DNA of 44,779 nucleotides from a virus. Taxonomy: Duplodnaviria > Caudoviricetes. The stretch is from the IMG/VR virus record IMGVR_UViG_3300046495_000080, positions 1 to 44,779 of that record. One strand, given 5' to 3'. Of this stretch, positions 25,583 to 34,400 are shown one piece after another. The notes below the pieces were generated by a model. The model saw only the letters and a list, made by a program, of their open reading frames with translations. It ran no database searches and was not told where the DNA came from. Position numbers and translations under genes: made by a program. Every line of letters begins with the position of its first letter. The stretch's first letter is position 1.

Positions 25583-26064
25583 CGACCGTCCGGATCGTCT
25601 CCGCCACGCGCGAGCTCGCCGCCGAGCTCGCCCCGCACGTCCGGCCCGACGAGGTCGCCGAGGTGCTGGCCATGGACGGCGCCACGCCGCTTGAGGCGCT
25701 GCTCGCCGGGCTCGAGCTCTCCGACCCGGTCCGGGCCGCGCTGTTCGACGGCGAAGTGGCGGCGATCTGGGGCGTGGTGCCGGGCGGAAAGAGCGTCCTG
25801 CGCGGCCGGGTGGGCGTCGCGTGGATGCTCACGTCGGCCGCGGTGGAGCGCCATCCCAAGGCCTTCTGGCGCGGCTGCCGCGCCGAGCTGCCGAAGCTCT
25901 TCGAGCGGTACGACACGCTCGCCAACGCCATCGACGCCCGGCATCGGAAGGCCCTCGGCTGGGCATGCCGACTCGGCTTCCAGCTCGGGCAGCCGGCGCC
26001 GATGGGGATCGCCGCTCTGCCGTTCGCGCGCTTCATCGTGCGCAAGGAGGACCTCCGTGTGTGA
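25579..26064 (+). CDS. GNAT-fold internal virion/assembly protein (T7 gp13-like)
   Basis: R.DEV.E...GVAWMLTS...N.ID..H..A..W..RLGF; conserved position. Confidence 0.8.
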   Translation: MTTVRIVSATRELAAELAPHVRPDEVAEVLAMDGATPLEALLAGLELSDPVRAALFDGEVAAIWGVVPGGKSVLRGRVGVAWMLTSAAVERHPKAFWRGCRAELPKLFERYDTLANAIDARHRKALGWACRLGFQLGQPAPMGIAALPFARFIVRKEDLRV

Positions 26065-26533
26065 GCCCGTCACGATCAGCCTCATGGTGGCGTCGGCGGG
26101 GTCGGCGGGGATCGCCGCGTACAGCGCCTACCAGCAGGGCCAGGCCCAGAAGCAGCAGGCGCAGGCCAACCAGGACATCTCGCGGGCGCAGACCGCCGAC
26201 GCGCTGCAGCGCGGCGCGGAGGGCGCCGGTGACGCGCGCTCGCAGGGCACGCAGGTCCTGGGCGCCCAGCGGGCCGCCACCGCGGCGAACGGGGTGAGCC
26301 TCGACTCGACGGGTTCGCGGAACCTCTTCGACTCCACCCAGACCAACAGCGAATACGACGCCGGCCTCGCCCGCGCGAACGCCGCGCGCGAGGCCTGGGG
26401 CCACCAGGTCGAGACCGAGAACTTCCGCCTGCAGAAGGACTACGCCCGCCGCTCCTCGGTCCTCGGGCCGCTCGCCGCGGTCATCGGCGGCGCCTCGCGG
26501 ATCGCCGGCTTCGGCTACCAGGCGACGGGGTAA
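26057..26533 (+). CDS. Ejection protein (T7 gp14-like)
   Basis: MCEPVT start, hydrophobic ends, G.QRA..AANGV. Confidence 0.8.
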   Translation: MCEPVTISLMVASAGSAGIAAYSAYQQGQAQKQQAQANQDISRAQTADALQRGAEGAGDARSQGTQVLGAQRAATAANGVSLDSTGSRNLFDSTQTNSEYDAGLARANAAREAWGHQVETENFRLQKDYARRSSVLGPLAAVIGGASRIAGFGYQATG

Positions 26534-26536
26534 CGC

Positions 26537-28408
26537 GTGCCCAGCCCGACCATCCCGATCCCCAGCTACCGCCGAACCGAGCAGCTCGCGCCGCTTCCGG
26601 GCGAGCGCGCCGTGGTGCGCCCTGACGACTCGCTCTCGGCGGTCGGCCAGGCCGTGGGGCAGGCCGGCGACGTCGCCCAGGGCATCTACCTGAAGGAGAA
26701 GAAGGACACCCAGGACGCCCAGATCGCCGACGCGTACAAGCAGCTCGCCGAGCAGCGCATCGCGATCGAGGGGAAGTACCGCGCGCTGAAGGGCTCCGAC
26801 GCCCTCGAGACGGACGTGACCAGCGCCGCTGCGCAGGAGGTGGAGAAGGCGGCGGGGGACATCTCCGCGAACGTCCTCAAGGACGACCGCACGCGGGCGG
26901 TCTTCAGACAGCGTTTCGCCGACCCGGCCAGCATCGGCGTCCGGGACGCGATCGCCGGTCACGTGGCTCAGCAGAACGACGTCTTCAAGGCTCAGTCCTG
27001 GGCAGGCGCGCGGGCCGTGTCCGTCGACCTGGGCGTGCAGGCCGTGGGCGCGGCGCCGGCGGGCGCGGCCGCCGACTCGAAGGAGCTCACCGCGGCGCGG
27101 GACGGCGTCCTCTCCGCGGTCACTATGCAGACGAAGCAGATGCCCCCGGAGGCGCAGGCGGCGGAGCGCACCGCGGCGCTCACCGACCTGCACGCCAAGG
27201 CGCTCGACCGGCTCCTCGCCGACCAGCGCCCGGCGGACGCGGAGCGCTACCTCACCCGGTGGCGAGGCGAAATGGACCCCACCGCGGTGGGGAAGGCCGA
27301 CGCTGCCCTGCGGCAGACCTCCCAGGGTGCGGCCGTCGAAGCGAAGGCCACCTCGATCATGAAGGACGCCTCGATCACCGGGTACACCTGGAAGGACCCG
27401 GCCAAGGCGCTCGCCGCGGTGGAGGCGATCCCGGACGACGACCCGACGAAGCCCCACGTGCGTCAGCTGGTGGAGCAGCAGGTCTCGAAGGCAGAGCAGC
27501 TCCGAACGCTCGCCGGGAAGGAGCAGCTGAACCTCGCCCAGTCGCTGCTCTCGAAGGGCGCTCCGCTCGAGGGTGCGGCCATCGCGCCGATCAAGGCCTG
27601 GATGCTCGACCCGGCGAACGGCGCGGCCGGGCTCTGGGAGGTGCTGCAGCGGAACGACGCCGCCGAGGCGCGGGCCGCCCGGGCGGCGAACGCGACGGAC
27701 CGAGCCGCCGCCGCGGCGCGCCGCGAGCAGGCGGAGGCCGACAAGCTGGCCGTCGAGACGTACCGCTCGCTCGATCTGAAGGGCTCGGACGGCCAGGACC
27801 AGCTCACCATCGACCTCGCCCAGGCGTTCCCCGACGTGAGCCCCACGGGCAGGGCGCTGCTGCAGATCGAGAAGAAGAAGGCCGAGAAGGAGTGGGGGAA
27901 GGACCAGGGTCGCTCGAGGACGCAGTTCCTCGACCAGGTCACGAACGTCGCGACCGCCTTCAAGTACGCGAAGGGCGCGAAGGGGAAGTCCGGGGATTTC
28001 GAGCAGTTCAGCTCCTACATGCTCGACCAGCTCGGGCAGTGGCAGGAGGCGAACCCAACGAAGCCCGCTCCCACCCAGCCGGACGTCGACGGGATGATCC
28101 TCAACGCCGTCTCGAAGTGGGAGAGCGGGAGCACCTTCACCGCGAACAAGGAGCACTGGAAGCTCGCCCGCGCGCGCTCGCTCGGCGACAGCGCCCACGT
28201 GCTCCCGGACACGGAGCAGCCGGACGCGGTGAAGGCGCTGCGCGGGCCGGCCCCGGCGCCCGGCGCGTCGCCCGCCACCGCTGCGGCCCCGGGCGGCATC
28301 CCGGCGGACGTGCGGAAGGCACTCGTCGAGAAGTTCAAGAGCCGGGGCGTGGATCCCACCGACGAGCAGCTCGCCGCGGCCTACGCGCGCCTGCAGGGGG
28401 GCCAGTAG
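26537..28408 (+). CDS. Ejection protein (T7 gp15-like), helical
   Basis: MP..IP.Y start, Ala-rich helical content, position between gp14-like and gp16-like genes. Confidence 0.7.
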   Translation: MPSPTIPIPSYRRTEQLAPLPGERAVVRPDDSLSAVGQAVGQAGDVAQGIYLKEKKDTQDAQIADAYKQLAEQRIAIEGKYRALKGSDALETDVTSAAAQEVEKAAGDISANVLKDDRTRAVFRQRFADPASIGVRDAIAGHVAQQNDVFKAQSWAGARAVSVDLGVQAVGAAPAGAAADSKELTAARDGVLSAVTMQTKQMPPEAQAAERTAALTDLHAKALDRLLADQRPADAERYLTRWRGEMDPTAVGKADAALRQTSQGAAVEAKATSIMKDASITGYTWKDPAKALAAVEAIPDDDPTKPHVRQLVEQQVSKAEQLRTLAGKEQLNLAQSLLSKGAPLEGAAIAPIKAWMLDPANGAAGLWEVLQRNDAAEARAARAANATDRAAAAARREQAEADKLAVETYRSLDLKGSDGQDQLTIDLAQAFPDVSPTGRALLQIEKKKAEKEWGKDQGRSRTQFLDQVTNVATAFKYAKGAKGKSGDFEQFSSYMLDQLGQWQEANPTKPAPTQPDVDGMILNAVSKWESGSTFTANKEHWKLARARSLGDSAHVLPDTEQPDAVKALRGPAPAPGASPATAAAPGGIPADVRKALVEKFKSRGVDPTDEQLAAAYARLQGGQ

Positions 28409-31400
28409 ATGGCCGACGCCCTCGACGCCGCGGTGGACGAGGTCCTCGCCCGGCAGCCGGCCGCCGGCGAGCTCGGCGTGACGGAGCCCGTGCCGGCCCG
28501 CCCTCTCGCCGCGGGGGAGACCCTCCACCTGGTCCGGGCCGGAGCGGACGTCGCGCCGCCGGCGCCGCCGCCCGGCCCTGATCCGCTCGACGCGGCGGTC
28601 GACTCGGTCCTGGCCCCGCCGGCCCAGGGCGACCTCCCGGAGGTGCAGGCCCTCAGGCGCCAAGCGAAGGGCGTCGCCGCGGCACGCGAGGCCGTCGCGG
28701 CCACCTACGGACGCGCCAGCTACACTCCCACGGCCGAGGATCTCGCGGCCGAACAGGCCGTGGCGGCAGGCGGCGACGTCGAGCGCGGGCTCGCCTACCA
28801 CCGGCTCCTCGCCGACCACACCGAGCTGAACCTCGAGCAGCAGGCGCAAGCCAAGCAGCTCACCGCGGCGACCGGGCTGCCCGCCGACCTGGTCGTCAGG
28901 AACCTCCCAGCGCTCTGGAAGCGCTTCAGCGCCCAGCGGACCGACGCCCAGCTCCAGGCCCTCATCGCCGCGCACCCGGCCCTGAAGGAGGACCTCGCCA
29001 CCGATCCGGCCATGTACCGGCAGGTCCGGGACGCCTCGGCCGACGTCACCGACTGGCTGCACTACGTCGTCGGCCACCAGGAGCCGATGAAGACAGCCGC
29101 CGAAGCGGCGAAGGACCCGAACGCGCCGGAGTGGGTGAAGGAGACCGCGAAGCAGTTCCCCGACATGCTCCTGCCGGACTACCGGCAGGGCGTGGTCGGC
29201 GCGTACGTGCGCGACAAGTGGACGAAGGACGTCCCGCTCCAAGCGCGGAAGACGGCGCAGGCGGAGACGGCGGCGCCGCACGGCCTCTTCGACAACCCGA
29301 ACCTCTCTCCGTTCGAAGTGGACACCCTCCGCGAGGAGGCCGGGCAGGCTCCGCTCGCCGCGCCGCCCCGGCCCGGGATGGTTGCGCCCTCGGAGCCCGC
29401 CTTCCCGGACTGGCGCGCCGAGAACGCGGCGAAGATCGCTGAGCTCGAGAAGGAGACCACGGGGGCGAAGGACTACGGTCCCCTCTCGCGGCGTCTGATG
29501 GGCAAGGTGCTGACCGCTCCGGCGAGGATGTCCGACGTGCTCGTGGGTAACGCTCTGGCGGCCGCGGCCGGGCCCCAGGGCGTCTTCATGTTCAACTGGG
29601 GCTACGGCTACGGCCCCCTCGCCTACGACCTGCAGCAGCAGAAGGGCCCGGACGGGAAGCCCGTCGACCCTGCCAGCGCGAATCGGATCGCCGGTGGCGC
29701 GTCGGCGCTGGGCGCCGCGGCCTTCTCCGTCCCGATCGTGAAGATCGGCGGTCGCCTCCTCACCGGCGCAGAGCAGCGCGTGCTTGGACAGGCCACCGCT
29801 GAGGCCACGGAGCGCGCCCTCGCGATCCCGGCGGTCTCGCAGCTGCTACTCCGCACCGCGAAGGCCTCCGGCGAGGAGTACGCCGGTGGCATGCTGGGGA
29901 TGGTCTCCCAGGCCATCGCGGAGGAGGGTGGGCGGCAGCTAAACGCTGGGACGTTCGACCCCGCCAAATTCGCGGAGACCGTGCAGGCGACGGCGAAGCA
30001 GGCAGCAGCGGACCTGCTCCTGCTCTCCGCGGGCGGCGCGGCCCACACGGTGGTACGCGACGTCGCCGCGCGGCAAGCCGCGCTCCGGAGCCAGGTGGCG
30101 CTGCGCGGCGTCGCGACGCCTGGGACGAAGCTGTCCCAGGTCCTCGAGGCGGCGCCGGACGGGGGCCGGGAGCTCCTCGTCCGGCTCGCGCAGAGCAGCC
30201 GGGTGGAGTCTCCGGATGCGGTCACGGCCATCCACCAAGACCTCGCCCAGTGGGACGCCTACTGGACGGCGCAGAAGCTCGACCCGCGCGCGGCCGCGGC
30301 AACGGCGATGAGGGACGGCGGGAAGGCGTACGACCAGGCCAAGGCGGAGCACGCCACCCGCCTCGAGATCCCGGTCGCGGACTGGACCGCCACCTTCGGC
30401 GTCGGGGAGAACGCGAAGCACGGCCAGGCGCTCCTCGAGGACGCCGCCACCGCGGCGACCGTGAACACCCCGCGCCAGCAGATGGCGCAGGCCGAGGCCG
30501 ACCAGGCCCGTGCCGCCGAGCTCGCCAAGCTCGAGCCCGACAAGATGGAGGCGGACCACCGGGCGGTCTTCGAGGAGTACCGCCGGCAGGCGCTCGAGGC
30601 GGACGAGACCGACGCCGAGGCCACCTCCAACGCGAAGATCGCGGCGGCCGGCTACAAGGCGTTCGCCGAGCGCGCGGGGCGGGGCGAGAGCGCCTGGGAC
30701 CTGTGGCAGGCGTACCCGATGCGGATCATCCGCGGGGAGGGCAGCGTGGGGCCTGGCGCGAGCCAGCCCTCCCAGGGCGAGCGGCTGGCGCAGATCGATG
30801 CGCGGCTCTCGGAGATCACGCCGGCGACCGCCGCGCGCGACCTCACGACGAAGTACCTCACCTCGAGCCCCGAGCAGCAGGCCGAGATCTACTACCGCGA
30901 CCCGAAGACGGGCCTCCTCAACGACCGGGGTCTGTGGGATGCGCCCCCCGACCCCGAGCGGCCGCTCCTCGCCCAGGTGCAGATCTCGGGGAAGAAGCTC
31001 GCCAACGACAAGGCGGGCCACGAGGCCCTCGACCGCATTTTCCGCGCCGTGGGGCGCGAGCTCGTCGACGCCGGCGGCGACCACGTCGCGAAGGCGGGCG
31101 GGGACCTCTACCTGCGCGTGAAGGACCAGGCCGAGCTCGACCGCGTCATGGGGGTAGTTCGGGCGAAGCTCCCGCAGTGGGTGGAGCTCTCCGCTGGACT
31201 GGGGGACCGGAAGGCGGCCCTCCGCGAGACGATCGACGGCATCAACGCCGTGCACAACCCCGTGGTGGAGAAGCGGCGCGCCGCCGGCACGTTCGCGCAG
31301 CGGGAGGGCTACCCGGCTGCGTTCACGGGCAAGAAGGCCGCGAAGGCCTACGCGAAGGCGATCTCCGAGCTTCCCGACGGCAACGCCGCGGTGCCGCTCA

Positions 31401-34400
31401 CGGCCGCGCTGCGCGAGAGCCACGCCGCCCTCGAGCCGCGTGCGGCGGCCGAGACGGCCTTCCGGACGGCGGGCGGGCTCCTCACCGAGACCGCCTGGCA
31501 CGAGATGCGCCAGCCCGGCCGGGCGAAGCGGTGGGTCGCCTCGATGGACCTGCGCTCCATCAAGAGGATGAACGAGGCGCTCGGGGTGGACGCAACGGAC
31601 GCGGTCCTCCTGGCCATCGAGCGGAAGATGGGCGAGATCGGCGGCGCCGCGGTCGACGCGGCCCACCGGTCCGGTGACGAATTCGCATGGCAGCACGACG
31701 ACTTGCAGGCTCTACACGCGTACGGCTTGCGCCTTCGCGACGTGGGTAGGATGATGTCCTACACGGTGACCGACCCGGTCACCGGAGAGCGAAAGACCCT
31801 CCGCGGGGTAGAGTTCGCGATCGGGGAAGGGAAGACCTTCGATGAAGCCGACGGACCTAAGCTCAAGGCCGACAAGCGAAGCCTCGACACCGAGCTCGGC
31901 GCCGGCTGGTTCGAGCGACGCCTCACCCCTGGAGAACCTGGTGACGGTGGACGACCTGGCAGCGGCGGTGGAGAAGCATCCGGGCCGGTTCAGGGTCGAG
32001 GAGATCAAGTTCGGGAACGAGGTGGTCTGGAGCCGGGACAAGGCCCCGCCCAAGACTTCCCCGGCCTCGGCCCCGACCGAGTCGAAGAAGTAAGGGCCCT
32101 CCTCCGGGAGCGCGCCGCGCTCACCGGGGCGGTGGAGCTGAAACAGGGCTCCCGCATCGCCGACATCGATGGCGAGCAGCTCGTCTTCCACCAGGACGGC
32201 GAACGCGGCTTCATCCGCTTCCCGAAGGTCCTCGCCGAGGGGCAGCCGGTCGCCCTCGATCTGCACCTGCTCAACAGCGACAAGAGCACCCTCGCGCACG
32301 AGACCTTCCACGGGCTCTCGGTGGTGCTCGGCCAGCTCGCGACGCGCCCCGACGCGCCCGCTGGGCTCCGCGCTGACTACCAGGGCCTCCTCGAGGCGAT
32401 GGGGTACCAGGACCACGCCGAGCGCCTCTCCGCGCGCGACGCGGCCAAGGAGGAGCGCGCCAGCCACCTCTGGGAGATGTACCTCGCCGAGGGGCGGGCG
32501 CCGTCGAAGGAGCTCCGGCCGGCCTTCACCCGCTTCAAGGGGTGGATGCAGAAGATCTACGGCGGCCTCCTCGGGATCTCCGACCAGTACGAGAAGCGCT
32601 TCGGGAAGCCCCTCGAGCTCTCCGACGACGTCCGGCGGATCTTCGACCGCATGCTCGCCGCCGACGACCAGGTCGACCGGGCGCGCGCCGAGATCGAGCC
32701 CGCGGCGGCCCCGGCTGACGTCGGCGAGATGCCGCCGGCCGACCAGGCCGAGTACCAGCGCCTCGACCAGGAGGACCGCGAGGTCTCGCGCGAGGAGCTC
32801 GTCCGGCGCGCGGCCGAGGACGACCAGAGCGAGGCGCGCAAGGCGGCCGCGGCGGAGGCGCAGCGGATCCGTGGCCAGGTGGAGGTGGACGTCGCCGCCG
32901 GCGACGAGGGGCACCGCGCGCTCGCGCACCTGCAGCGCGGGGAGATCCCCGGCCAGCCGGACCCGATGGGCGTCCTCAAGGACGACGAGGGCCACCCGGT
33001 GAAGCTCGACCGGAAGAGCCTGGTGCGGGAGATCGGGGCGGAGGCCGTCGCGGCGCTTCCCCGCGGCATCTTCGCGAAGCCGGACGAGGGCGGCATGGCC
33101 GCCGGCGAGGTGGCGCTGCGCCTCGCCTTCCCGAACGCGGAGGCGTTGCTCGACGCGATCCGGGGGAAGGACTTCGACGCCGCGGTGAAGGACGAGGTCG
33201 GCCGGCGGGTGGACGAGAAGTTTGGTCCGGCGCTGCTCGACGACCCCGCGCGGGCGCCGGCGGCCGCCCAGGCGGCGCTCGCCACCGAGGCGGGGGCGAA
33301 GAAGCTCATGCTCCGGCTGGCTGCCATCGCGCGCGCCCTGGGTCCCGAGGCGGAGCGGCGGGTCCGCGGGATGAGCCTGCCCGCGATGCACGACCAGGCG
33401 CGCGAGCTCCTCCAGGGCACCCCGATCCGTCAGGTCTCGGCGGACCGGTACATGAACATGGAGGCCGCGGCACACGACCGGGCCACCGAGGCGTGGAAGG
33501 CGGGGAAGCGGGACCAGGCGCTCCAGGAGGTCGAGGCCGCGGTCTGGAACCACGTCTTCGCCCGCGCCGCGCGCGACGTACGCGACCTGGTCGACCGCGC
33601 CGAGCAGCGCGTCCGGGGCACCCGGGGCGACGCCTGGCGCGCCGCGCTCGGGAAGGCGTCGCCGGCGTACCGCGACGGCCACGACGCGATCCTAGCCGGC
33701 GTGAAGATGGGGCACGCCCGTCCGGACGCCGCCGGCGACGTGCAGAAGCTGCTCCTGCAGCTCGTCTCGGACGCCTCCGGGACCGTGGTGAACGGCGAGG
33801 TGGTCCCGGACGGCGGCTGGGACCCTCAGGGCGTCCGGGAGCTCGCGGCGAAGCCGAGGGCGTGGTCGGAGCTCACGCCCGAGGAGGCGCTCAACGTCGC
33901 CGACGCGGTGGCCAACATCCGCCACCACGCGAACGACCTCAACGAGATCACCACCGCGGGGAAGCGGCTCGACCGGGAGATGACCATCGACGAGGGGATC
34001 GCCGCCCTCGAGAAGAACCTCCCGAAGCAGCCGAAGATCCAGGACGACCCGCTGCTCGACCAGCTGAAGCGCAACCCGCTGCGCCTCGCCGGCCAGGCCG
34101 CGGACGCGCTCGAGCTCGACATCAAGACCTACGCCCACCTCATGGATGGCGGGGACCGGGACGGCATCTTCCACCAGCTCTTCATCGATCGGCGCCTCGT
34201 CGCGCGGGACAAGCGCAACGCGCTCACCCGGCGCTTTCTCGAGGACCTCCTCCCGAAGTTCGAGAAGAGCGGCCTCGACCGCGCCCGCCTCACGGAGGCG
34301 ATCGACGTCTCGGCCGACCTGCCCCTCGACGCGCGCCTGGCGGAGCTCCGCGAGGGCAAGCTCCGCACCAGGTCGAACCTCCTGATGATGCTCCTCAACC

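Noticed and set aside
26033-29281. 1082-aa minus-strand ORF and similar ones (29939-31696, 31712-33682, 33692-36112, 15210-17006, 16955-18544)
   Set aside because: Antisense shadows of structural genes with R/G/L/V-biased composition.
30990-31620. Hypr-type (3',3'-cGAMP-making) GGDEF assignment
   Set aside because: Both domains keep Asp at the guanine-specificity position (GHEALD, GVDATD) rather than the Ser typical of Hypr enzymes; the product still needs testing.
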